Below are positions 24,905 to 32,836 of a stretch of 35,383 nt of DNA, one piece after another. The notes below the pieces were generated by a model. It had not been told where the DNA came from, did no database searches, and saw nothing but the letters and a program-made list of their open reading frames with translations. The position numbers and the translations under genes were made by a program. Within the stretch, counting starts at the first letter, position 1; the number at the start of each line of letters is the position of its first letter. The stretch lies in contig UYNY03000113.1 in the NCBI GenBank assembly GCA_900620265.3, forward strand, positions 17,402 through 52,784, given 5' to 3'. The stretch is from Nitrosopumilaceae archaeon. Lineage in GTDB: Archaea; Thermoproteota; Nitrososphaeria; Nitrososphaerales; Nitrosopumilaceae.

Positions 24905-25948
24905 GTGAAGCGCGTCTTTGTGAACGGGTACGGCTCGATAGGGCGGAGGATTGCAGCTGTCATATCGGACGACCCGGAGGTGGAGCTTGCCGGGGTCGGC
25001 AGGCACACGCCGTCAGGCGACATTCGTGCCATCGCCTCGGGCGGGATCCGCGTCTATGCGCCGGCCGCCCGGGTTCACGAGTTCGAGGGGCTCGGCGTCT
25101 CGGGCACGATCGAGTCGGTCCTGCCGTCCTGCGACCTGGTGGTGGACGCCTCGCCCGGCGGCATGGGCGCCAGGAACAAGAGGGACCTGTACCTCCCGCT
25201 CGGCGTCAGGGCAGTCTACCAGGGGGGCGAGACGTCGCCCGGCGGCGGGGCCCCGTCGGATTTGATATTCAACTCGGCGGCAAACTACTCGGGGGCCGCC
25301 CCCCTGGACCACGTCATACAGGGCAGCTGCAACGTGACTGGGATGGGCCGGATAATCGGGCCGCTGCGCGCGGCGTTCCCGGGCAGGCTCGAGCGCCTTG
25401 ATGTCACGCTGGTGCGCCGCTGGGCCGACATCGGCCAGGACGCCGAGATCCCGGACACCGTCGAGATATCGCGCAGCCCGCACCACGGGGACGACGTCCT
25501 GTCCTACATGGGGACGGACGTGCCGCTGCACGTGCGCGCCGTAAAGGTGCCGACGCGGCAGATGCACCTGCACCTGCTTGACGCCCGCTTCTCGGGCGGC
25601 GCCCCGGACCCGGGCGACGTGCACGCAGCATACGCCGGGGCGCCGGGGGTGGCGGTCCTGTGGGGCGCCGGCGGCACGCGCCAGGTGCGCGAGTTTGCAG
25701 AGACGGCCGGGTTCGCGTTCGGGGACACGGGGATGGTGCACCTGCACGCCGAGATGACCTCGTCGGCGGGCGACACGGTCAAGATGATCTACTCTGACGA
25801 CCAGACGGGCATCGTGATACCTGACAACCACATGCTGGTGCAGGCGATGCTCTTTGGCAGGCCGTACGCAGAGGCGCGCGCCCACACCGAGCAGGTCATG
25901 GGGACGGCGCAGAAGAGGCGGCTCCTCGAGGAGCGCTTTGCGCGCTAG
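24905..25948 (+). CDS. gap: Glyceraldehyde-3-phosphate dehydrogenase, archaeal type II
   Basis: MKRVFVNGYGSIGRRIA and the active-site GSCNVTG. GTG start about 27 nt after TACATAAG (24874-24881). Confidence 0.85.
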   Translation: MKRVFVNGYGSIGRRIAAVISDDPEVELAGVGRHTPSGDIRAIASGGIRVYAPAARVHEFEGLGVSGTIESVLPSCDLVVDASPGGMGARNKRDLYLPLGVRAVYQGGETSPGGGAPSDLIFNSAANYSGAAPLDHVIQGSCNVTGMGRIIGPLRAAFPGRLERLDVTLVRRWADIGQDAEIPDTVEISRSPHHGDDVLSYMGTDVPLHVRAVKVPTRQMHLHLLDARFSGGAPDPGDVHAAYAGAPGVAVLWGAGGTRQVREFAETAGFAFGDTGMVHLHAEMTSSAGDTVKMIYSDDQTGIVIPDNHMLVQAMLFGRPYAEARAHTEQVMGTAQKRRLLEERFAR

Positions 25949-27192
25949 GACGCCTCGACCCTGATGCGGCGCGGCACGTTGCCCGAGGACTCCTCGACCA
26001 CCATGGTGACGCCTCCAAGCTCCAGCTTGTCGCCCTCCCTCGGTATGTCGCGCAGCCTCTCGTGGAGCAGGCCGCTCAGGGTGGTATAGCCGCCGTCCTC
26101 CGGTATGTCGGCGCCGAGCGCCTCGTTGACGGCCGCTATCTCCGTGTCCCCGCCGGCAATTATGGCCCCGGGGCCCACCCGCTGGTAGCCGGCGCGCCTG
26201 GCCTCGTCCGTCTCGTCCTCTATCTCGCCGACGATCTCCTCTATGAGGTCCTCCATGGTGACCAGGCCCTCGACCCCGCCGTGCTCGTCGACCACGATCG
26301 CCATGTGCGTCTTGCGCCCCTTCATCTCGCGGAGGAGCGCCCCGACGCGCTTCTCCTGCGAGGCGAAGACGGGATCCCGCGCTATCTGCTCGAGCGTGGC
26401 CATCTTGTTGTCCCGCTCCAGCTCGCCGAGTATGTCCCGCGCGTGCACGAACCCCGTTATCTGGTCCGGCGAGCCCCCGTGTATGGGTATGCGCGAGTGG
26501 CCGCTCTTGTTTATCATCGGGAGTGCCTCAAAGAGCAGCATCTTTGAGTTGAGCGCGAACATCTTTGTGCGCGGCGTCATCACGGACCTGACCGGCGTGT
26601 CATCGAACCTCAGGGCGCCGTGGGCCATCTCCATCTCCTCGCGCTCTAGCGCCTTTTCGGCGTGCCCCTGGTAGATCACCCCACGTATGTCCTCCTCCGT
26701 GATCGGGGGCGGGGTGTGGCTGCTGCCGGTCACCCTCACGACCCCCCGGGTCAGCACCTCGAAGAGCTTTACCACGGGCCAGAGCGCATAGCTGAACGCG
26801 AGCAGGACGGGCGCGTACCTGAGCGACACCTTTGCAGAGTTGGCGTTGCAGTACGTCTTCGGGGTGATCTCGCCGAAGACCAGTATGAGGAACGTCATTA
26901 TCCCGATGGCGATGCCGAGCCCGTCGTCCCCAAAGAGCCGTATCGAGACGCTGGTGGCAAGCGCAGAGGCGCCCACGTTGACGAGGTTGTTTCCCAGGTT
27001 GACGCTTGACATCATCCAGCTCGGGTTGGACTTTAGCCTGTCGAGCGCCCTTGATCCCTTGCGCCCCTCCTCCAGCATCTGGGCGACCTTTGAGCGGGTG
27101 ACGTTGACGAGGGCGACCTCGAGCCCGCTAAAGAACCCGGAGAGGCCAATGAGTGCGGCGAGCGCGCCTATCTCGACCCACGGGATCTCCAT
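25945..27192 (-). CDS. CNNM/CorC/TlyC-family transporter (DUF21 TM domain + CBS pair + CorC_HlyC)
   Basis: SGFFSGLEVALV, ITPKT, a CBS region (VMTPRTKMFAL...SRIPI) and the C-terminal ...GDKLELGGVTMVVEE. Confidence 0.9.
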   Translation of the reverse strand: MEIPWVEIGALAALIGLSGFFSGLEVALVNVTRSKVAQMLEEGRKGSRALDRLKSNPSWMMSSVNLGNNLVNVGASALATSVSIRLFGDDGLGIAIGIMTFLILVFGEITPKTYCNANSAKVSLRYAPVLLAFSYALWPVVKLFEVLTRGVVRVTGSSHTPPPITEEDIRGVIYQGHAEKALEREEMEMAHGALRFDDTPVRSVMTPRTKMFALNSKMLLFEALPMINKSGHSRIPIHGGSPDQITGFVHARDILGELERDNKMATLEQIARDPVFASQEKRVGALLREMKGRKTHMAIVVDEHGGVEGLVTMEDLIEEIVGEIEDETDEARRAGYQRVGPGAIIAGGDTEIAAVNEALGADIPEDGGYTTLSGLLHERLRDIPREGDKLELGGVTMVVEESSGNVPRRIRVEAS

Positions 27193-27423
27193 GCCTGAGC
27201 CCGCTACCCCCCGCCTTCCCGCCGCCCGCCCGCTCGCGCGGGCAGCCGGGCGCCGCGTGCCTGTGGCGAGGGCGGCGCCTTTGATGTGGACTTGATTCCC
27301 ACGGTTCTGGTCGGGGGCCCCGGTATAAAAAGCGTCAGTCCGCCCCGCCGCGTGCCGCCCCGGGGGCGGCCCGCCGGTTACCCTCCTCCGGACGCCCGCC
27401 GGCCCGGATCCCGGGCCGGCAGG

Positions 27424-28248
27424 TCACCTGTAGTAGTTGCGCGGCAGAAGTTCAGAGTCGAACACCGACTCGGTTATGGCGAACGGGGCCGACTCGAGGC
27501 CAAGCGTCGCTACCACGTACGTCCCCGGATCTGCGCCCTGCTTCGGCTGGAACCATGTGCCCCGATCCACATGCTGCGGGCCGTAGACCATCGTACCCGG
27601 ATAATACATCCGGGTGATCGTCTCCACGACCGTGCCGGTTGCGTTCTTGATGTGTATCTCGTGTACCATGCCAACGGTCAGGTCCTCTGTCCCCGTGTTC
27701 ATTATAAAGTACCTGACGGGCTCCCCCCTCTCGTACTCTGGCTTGTCCGTGCCCAGGACAAGCTGCTGCCCGTCAGCGGGATCCATCCACGGGTAGGCAA
27801 GCGACGAGTTGATTACAAAGTGCGCAGGGGCCGCATACGTGGCAAACGCCACAAAGTTTCCGGGACGCACCAGCTTGGAGAAAGAGTCCGTCTGGTGCCA
27901 GTAATGAACGACCCGCTCGCCGGGGACCAGCGGGGTTATCGCAAAGCCGGGAAAGTTTCCGGCGACCTGCCTTCCCGACGCCTCCTTCACGCCGGCCCCG
28001 CGGGACGTGTCCGGGTACTTTACTGTCACGTCGCCCTCGTTGTGAAGTATGTATGTCACGGTCTCGCCCAGCCGGTATTCCGGCTTGTCCGTGGACATCA
28101 CCACCGATCTGGTTCTCACCTCGCAGCCCCCGTCAAGCTTGCAGCCCCGGTCGTCCTGCGGGATCACCTGCATGTCGCCAAGCACGACGGCGATCAGGAC
28201 CGCCACGGCGGTGACGGAGATCGATGCGGCCAACCCGGTCTTCTCCAT
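27424..28248 (-). CDS. Membrane-anchored/secreted protein with two tandem BsuPI-like (Ig-like) domains, tentative
   Basis: TM anchor MEKTGLAASISVTAVAVLIAVVLG. Internal duplication: STDKPEYRLGETVTYILHNEGDVTV and GTDKPEYERGEPVRYFIMNTGTEDLTV. ATG 28248 lies about 25 nt downstream of TTTTATA (complement of 28270-28276). Confidence 0.55.
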   Translation of the reverse strand: MEKTGLAASISVTAVAVLIAVVLGDMQVIPQDDRGCKLDGGCEVRTRSVVMSTDKPEYRLGETVTYILHNEGDVTVKYPDTSRGAGVKEASGRQVAGNFPGFAITPLVPGERVVHYWHQTDSFSKLVRPGNFVAFATYAAPAHFVINSSLAYPWMDPADGQQLVLGTDKPEYERGEPVRYFIMNTGTEDLTVGMVHEIHIKNATGTVVETITRMYYPGTMVYGPQHVDRGTWFQPKQGADPGTYVVATLGLESAPFAITESVFDSELLPRNYYR

Positions 28249-28334
28249 GTCCCGTGGCGGCCCGTGCCGTATAAAAGCCAAGACGCGAAGAGCCGCCCGG
28301 ACACGGCGGGACGGGGACGGCTCCTGCCAGGTGG

Positions 28335-29672
28335 CTAGGTGCGCGGCGGCCTTGCGAACCTGTTGGCCGGATCCCTGTGGTACTCGACCGGGAGCATCGC
28401 GTCCTTTTGCCTGCCCGTCAGTATCCCGACCACGGTCTCGTCCCGCGCGATGACCCCCTCGGAGACGAGCCTCTTGATGCCAGCTATGGTGGCCCCCGAG
28501 GCCATCTCGCAGTCAAACCCGTTGAGCCCCGCAATCGACATGCCGTCAAGCATCTCCTCGTCTGTGACGGTTGTGGCGACCCCGCCAGATATCTCGAGGG
28601 CCCGCAGGCCCTTTAGCATGTTGGCCGGCCTCCCTATCTGGATGGCCGTCGCCCTCGTGGCCGGCCTGCCCCCCTCCCTGTCGAGCCTCGAATAGTACTC
28701 GTCGATCATCCCCGTGTCGGGGCTGCCGCCGTTCCAGCGCAGCCTGCCGAGCCCCGTCCCCCCGTTGTACAGGTCCGCAAAGGTGCTCGCCCCCTCTGCG
28801 TTGATGACCGCTATCCGCGGCGCCCTCTTTATCCAGCCCCACTCGAGGAGCTCCATGATCGCCTTGCCGCAGCTTGAGATGTTGCCGAGCGCGCCGCCCG
28901 GAAAGACCATCCAGTCCGGCGGGTCCCACCCCATGTACTCGAGTGCCCTGTAGGTGATGGTCTTCTGCCCCTCTATGCGGAACGGGTTGAGCGAGTTGAC
29001 GGTGTACCCGCCGCCGTCGGCCGCGTCGGCCAGCGACCTTGAGAGCGCGTCGTCAAAGTTGCCGTCCACCTCTATTATCTGGGCCCCGAACTGGTACGCC
29101 TGGCTGAGCTTGCCCGGGGCTATCTGCCCCGCCGGTATGTACACGCCGCACTCGATCCCCTCGTTGGCCGCGAACATGCCGGCCGATGCCGACGTGTTGC
29201 CCGTCGAGGCGCAGACGATCCTCCGGACCCCCGACATGCGGGCGTGCGTGACGGCGGTCGCCATCCCGTTGTCCTTGAACGAGCCGCTCGGGTTGTACCC
29301 CTCCGGCTGCAGCCAGAGGGAGCCGGCCGGCACGCCGGCGAACTCGGCGGCCCTTGACATCCTGTACGGCTTTGACTGCCTCCCCTCGGCGCCGTCCAGC
29401 GAGACCAGGCTGGCCGAGCACTGGGCGTCGTCGGCGGTGTCTATCTGGCAGAAGTTGAGCAGCTCGCGGAACCTCCAGACGCCGCTCTCGTTGAAGATGC
29501 TGCCGCCGGGGTTCCTCCTCGAGTAGAATACCTCCTTGAGGGACGGGGGCGGCCTCCTGGCGTACACGACGTCGAGCAGGTGGCCCCTCTCGCAGCGCAC
29601 CCCGGCGCGCCCGACGGGGTACTCGAGGCCGCAACCGTGCCCGATGCACCGGAGGTACGCGCCCTCTTGCAT
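28335..29672 (-). CDS. thrC: Threonine synthase (with an N-terminal Cys/His zinc-ribbon-like segment)
   Basis: ..NPSGSFKDNGMATAV (PLP lysine motif), ..CASTGNTSAS. The start at Met65 of the track ORF lies about 26 nt downstream of TTTAAATT (complement of 29695-29702). Confidence 0.9.
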   Translation of the reverse strand: MQEGAYLRCIGHGCGLEYPVGRAGVRCERGHLLDVVYARRPPPSLKEVFYSRRNPGGSIFNESGVWRFRELLNFCQIDTADDAQCSASLVSLDGAEGRQSKPYRMSRAAEFAGVPAGSLWLQPEGYNPSGSFKDNGMATAVTHARMSGVRRIVCASTGNTSASAGMFAANEGIECGVYIPAGQIAPGKLSQAYQFGAQIIEVDGNFDDALSRSLADAADGGGYTVNSLNPFRIEGQKTITYRALEYMGWDPPDWMVFPGGALGNISSCGKAIMELLEWGWIKRAPRIAVINAEGASTFADLYNGGTGLGRLRWNGGSPDTGMIDEYYSRLDREGGRPATRATAIQIGRPANMLKGLRALEISGGVATTVTDEEMLDGMSIAGLNGFDCEMASGATIAGIKRLVSEGVIARDETVVGILTGRQKDAMLPVEYHRDPANRFARPPRT

Positions 29673-29743
29673 TGCGGCGGCGTGCCACGCAGGCAATTTA
29701 AAGGGCGCCAACACATATTGGCCCGCCGTGCCGGCCCCGGCGC

Positions 29744-30088
29744 ATGGCGGACGCGGCCGGGCTGCTGGCAGGACTCGTCTCTGCGCACGACGAGCTTGCC
29801 GATCTCGAGGCGGGCGGGATCGACGAGGTCCGGGGCCTGCTGCTGAGGATAAACGGGCTTGCAAGGGCCGCGAGGCGGGCCTGCGGCGCGTCCCAGGACC
29901 TACAGCTGCGGGGCATGGCGCCGCTGCTTGACGGGTACCTCGGCGGGTACGACTTTGAGGCCGAGCTCGGCGTGATGTCCACCCTCTACGCGGGGGACGC
30001 CGGCAGGATCCGCAGCATGCGCCTCAAGATATTAGAGGCGCTGGGGGAGGGCGGCATGGTGGAGGAGGCAAGGGGGATCACGGGATGA
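29744..30088 (+). CDS. Hypothetical 114-aa protein
   Basis: The ATG lies about 27 nt after CATATT (29714-29719). The composition looks helical. No family recognised. Confidence 0.4.
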   Translation: MADAAGLLAGLVSAHDELADLEAGGIDEVRGLLLRINGLARAARRACGASQDLQLRGMAPLLDGYLGGYDFEAELGVMSTLYAGDAGRIRSMRLKILEALGEGGMVEEARGITG

Positions 30089-30186
30089 GGTGCGTCATAT
30101 GCGGGTGCAAGAGGCACCGGCTCGTCGGGTGCGCGTCCCACCTGCGCGGCACGTGCGGGTGCAGGTCACCGCCTTCCGGGTCCTGA
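30085..30186 (+). CDS. Candidate 33-aa Cys-rich micro-ORF (MRCVICGCKRHRLVGCASHLRGTCGCRSPPSGS)
   Basis: ATGA overlap with the stop of the 29744 ORF. Six Cys residues. Its 3' end overlaps the convergent Cys-rich micro-ORF by 21 nt. Confidence 0.25.
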   Translation: MRCVICGCKRHRLVGCASHLRGTCGCRSPPSGS

Positions 30187-30282
30187 GCGCTCGTGGAAGT
30201 TTATGCAGCACGGGCACCCGTCCCTGACGCAGTCGGCGGCCGACTTGTGGCCGCAGATCCCGCACTCGCACCCGCCGTTCAT
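30166..30282 (-). CDS. Candidate 38-aa Cys-rich (7 Cys, 2 His) metal-binding micro-protein
   Basis: Hand translation: MNGGCECGICGHKSAADCVRDGCPCCINFHERSGPGRR. The ATG lies about 27 nt downstream of GTTATATTC (complement of 30305-30313). The overlapping track ORF 30095-30325 is an Arg-rich alternative frame. Confidence 0.45.
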   Translation of the reverse strand: MNGGCECGICGHKSAADCVRDGCPCCINFHERSGPGRR

Positions 30283-30324
30283 GAGATCCCCCCGGGGGCC
30301 CGCTGAATATAACCGCATGGCCCA

Positions 30325-30639
30325 CTACCTGTGGCGCCGCTTTTTGGAGTGGTCCGATCCCTCCCCCAGCTCCTTCTCGATGGCCTCGGCCTTGCGGTCC
30401 ACCGCCCTGATTATCTCCTGGATGAGGCCGTCAAGGTCCCCCTCGGCGGCCACCGGCTCGACGTTGGCGGCGATCTCGTTTATCGTCTCTGATATCTCGG
30501 AGCTGACCTCCTCAAAGCTCTCCGGGTCCTCGTACGCGACGTTGTAGAGGTTCTTGAGGTTGGTCACGTGGCTGACCACCTGGTCGGTGAGGACCACCCT
30601 GTACCCGTTCCCGTTCACCTCGAACTCGCGCGAGCTCAT
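30325..30639 (-). CDS. Hypothetical acidic 104-aa protein
   Basis: The ATG lies about 27 nt downstream of ATTATAA (complement of 30663-30669). Protein-like sequence, no family recognised. Confidence 0.55.
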   Translation of the reverse strand: MSSREFEVNGNGYRVVLTDQVVSHVTNLKNLYNVAYEDPESFEEVSSEISETINEIAANVEPVAAEGDLDGLIQEIIRAVDRKAEAIEKELGEGSDHSKKRRHR

Positions 30640-30675
30640 GCGGGCCGTCGCGGGCCCATGTCTTATAATGTTTTA

Positions 30676-31065
30676 TCAGAACTCGATATAGTCGAGGGCC
30701 GAGGCGTCGCTTATCAGCCTCGTGTGCTTTGAGCCGACGACGTAGCCGTTCTTGATGTCGGACGCGGGTATCCACCTGTTGGTCGACGTATAGTGCCTCT
30801 TCTCGGCCAGCTCGCGCTCGATCGCCGCGATGTCAAACTCGCCCTCCTCGACCTGGCCGCTGCCAAGGTGCCTTATCGTGACCAGGATCTTGTCGACCTT
30901 TACGCGGTCGCCGAACTTCCACCTCGACGGCGTGGGCTCGTCGGAGACCTCGACCACCTTTATCTTCATCTGCTTCGTGCCAAACGCGTTGTGGCTCGTC
31001 AGCATCCTCTCGTCGGTGAACTCCTCGTAGGTCCTTGCCGGCTCCGGCGGCCCTGCCTCCTCCAC
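30676..31065 (-). CDS. Hypothetical 129-aa protein
   Basis: The GTG start lies about 26 nt downstream of GTTTTTTAG (complement of 31087-31095). Protein-like sequence (..KIKVVEVSDEPTPSRWKFGDRVKVDKILVTIRHLG..), no family recognised. Confidence 0.55.
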   Translation of the reverse strand: MEEAGPPEPARTYEEFTDERMLTSHNAFGTKQMKIKVVEVSDEPTPSRWKFGDRVKVDKILVTIRHLGSGQVEEGEFDIAAIERELAEKRHYTSTNRWIPASDIKNGYVVGSKHTRLISDASALDYIEF

Positions 31066-31099
31066 GGCGCCCCGGGGGCGGGGCCCCTAAAAAACCTGC

Positions 31100-31603
31100 C
31101 TAGGTACGCCGCCTAGTCCGGAAGGGCATCGGGCACTCGGCAAGCCGGATCGGCCTCCTCGAGCCACCGGTCCTCTCAAAGACGTCCCCGTCGTACGTGC
31201 AGACGCAGTCGGCCGCATCCCCGTCCCACACCTTGTAGTACTCGCGCAGCTCCCGCTGCACGTACCTGCCGGGCCCCGTCCTCTTCTTTGAGAGGAACTT
31301 GAATGCCAGCAGCACCTGGCCTCCCGCCATCCCGCTGAACGTGTCGACCCACTCCTTGCACCTGCGTATCTGGTCTGCCGGCACGTAGAGGGACATGCCG
31401 GAGCCGGACTTTGCCTCTATCGCGTAGATGAGCCCCTCTGACGGGCAGACTGCCAGTATGTCGGGGAGGCCCGTGCTGGGTGATCCGAGCCTGAACGCCC
31501 TCCACTTCCCGGTGCCGTTGAAGCGGTCGGCCAGGGTCTCCTCCCACCTGTACCCGCGCTGCCTCCGGAGCCTCGCGCCCCTTCTTCCGCCGTTCCGCGC
31601 CAT
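31100..31603 (-). CDS. Hjc-type Holliday junction resolvase-like PD-(D/E)xK nuclease with a C-terminal extension of about 50 aa
   Basis: RGYRWEETLADRFNGTGKWRAFRLGSPSTGLPDILAVCPSEGLIYAIEAKSG...VLLAFKF aligns by eye with the Hjc motifs (E, PDiiA, iE.K). The start at Met20 lies about 27 nt downstream of ATATTAA (complement of 31627-31633). Confidence 0.7.
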   Translation of the reverse strand: MARNGGRRGARLRRQRGYRWEETLADRFNGTGKWRAFRLGSPSTGLPDILAVCPSEGLIYAIEAKSGSGMSLYVPADQIRRCKEWVDTFSGMAGGQVLLAFKFLSKKRTGPGRYVQRELREYYKVWDGDAADCVCTYDGDVFERTGGSRRPIRLAECPMPFRTRRRT

Positions 31604-31638
31604 GTACCACCCCCTGATCCCCCCTGTTAATATGCAGG

Positions 31639-31658
31639 GGGTTATCTGCAGATAACCC
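31639..31658. promoter_or_regulatory. Perfect 20-bp palindrome GGGTTATCTGCAGATAACCC in a divergent promoter region
   Basis: The sequence equals its own reverse complement. The half-site TTATCTGC recurs at 31676-31683, at the TATA position of the 31705 gene. Confidence 0.6.
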
Positions 31659-31704
31659 ATGCACGCCCGGAGCCCTTATCTGCCCGCGGGGCCGCGGTGA
31701 TACC

Positions 31705-32490
31705 ATGCTGGAGGACGAGGCGGCCGCCCTCTGCCGGATAAAGGCGGATCTTGCATCGCGCGGGACGGGGGCCCACCTGGAGGAGGCCGTACCGGAGGGT
31801 CTTGGCGCCCTGCACGCGTTCGCGCGTGCAAACCCGGTCTATGACGGGTCGGAGGAGGCCGTGCTGGCGGGGACCGGGTGCACCATATACCGCGGCGACA
31901 TCGGCGGCTACTGGCTGGGCAGCACAAAGCACGGGGGGACGTGCCAGCCGTTCTACCCGACGTGGATGGCATCGGCCCGGATAATATCCGGGATGGCAAA
32001 GCGGCTGGGATACGCCGAGGTGGTCGACGTGGGATCGGGGGACGGGCGGATAGCGTACTGCGCCGCCGCCGCGGGGCTTGGCGCCCACAGCGTCGAGATA
32101 GATCCGGACCTTGCCGGCCTGCAGGGGCGGATATTCGGGGCCACGGGCTCTCCCGTCACCATCCACTGCGCCGACGCGCTGTCCGCCGACTATGGGGCGA
32201 TGGGGCTCTCAAGGCCGCTCTTCGTGGTCGGGGCCCTCCCCCAGATGGGCGGCGACATCCTTGCATCCGGGGTGATCGGGGCCGCGCGCGGCACCGGGGC
32301 GCCCGCCGGGATCCTGCTTGCAGGATCGCTCGAGTCAAGGGGCCTTGCGGCCGGCGGCGGCGACGGCGGCTGGAGCGGCGTCCTCGGATCCCACGGCCTG
32401 CGCCCGGATCCGGCCGTCCACCTTCCCACGTACTGGACCCACGACAGGCAGCACGACACGCCCTACATCCACGCGTCGCTTGCGACATAG
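31705..32490 (+). CDS. Class I SAM-dependent methyltransferase-like protein (substrate unknown)
   Basis: EVVDVGSGDGRIAYCAAAAGLGAHSVEIDPDL gives motif I (VDxGxGxG) plus the acidic post-I residue. The remainder is unrecognised. Confidence 0.55.
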   Translation: MLEDEAAALCRIKADLASRGTGAHLEEAVPEGLGALHAFARANPVYDGSEEAVLAGTGCTIYRGDIGGYWLGSTKHGGTCQPFYPTWMASARIISGMAKRLGYAEVVDVGSGDGRIAYCAAAAGLGAHSVEIDPDLAGLQGRIFGATGSPVTIHCADALSADYGAMGLSRPLFVVGALPQMGGDILASGVIGAARGTGAPAGILLAGSLESRGLAAGGGDGGWSGVLGSHGLRPDPAVHLPTYWTHDRQHDTPYIHASLAT

Positions 32491-32828
32491 TAGGGCCGGC
32501 CGTCCCGGACGCCGCACGAGGTGACGCGCACGCGCGATCCCACGGCGGCCCGCCCGCCAAGCTCCGCCAGGATCCTCACCCCCTCCCCGAGATCCACCAG
32601 CCCGAAGCGGGTGCCGGCCGCCCCCGACGCCTCGAGGACGAGCCCCTCCGGCTCGCCGTCCCGGAGGCCGGCGGGGCCCGTGCACCTGCCGCAGCGCGGG
32701 GCCGGCGGCCAGACTGGAATACTGCACGCGGCGCACCACGGGACGCGGAAGACGCCCTCCGAGACGGACTTGAGGAACGCTCCGCCGTCCATGCCGCCGT
32801 CCATGCCGCCCCGCCCGGCACCCGCCAT
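32463..32828 (-). CDS. DUF35 OB-fold/zinc-ribbon protein (thiolase/HMGCS-associated scaffold)
   Basis: VPWCAACSIPVWPPAPRCGRCTG (rubredoxin-like CxxC...CxxC) followed by an OB-like segment. It begins 8 nt after the thiolase stop. The upstream part of the 410-aa track ORF is artefact. Confidence 0.8.
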   Translation of the reverse strand: MAGAGRGGMDGGMDGGAFLKSVSEGVFRVPWCAACSIPVWPPAPRCGRCTGPAGLRDGEPEGLVLEASGAAGTRFGLVDLGEGVRILAELGGRAAVGSRVRVTSCGVRDGRPYYVASDAWM

Positions 32829-32836
32829 AAGAGCGC

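Noticed and set aside
27286-28338. 350-aa plus-strand ORF opposite the BsuPI-like gene.
   Set aside because: It is Arg/Pro/His-rich and has no promoter. The minus-strand ORF has a TM anchor, an internal domain duplication and a correctly spaced TATA box.
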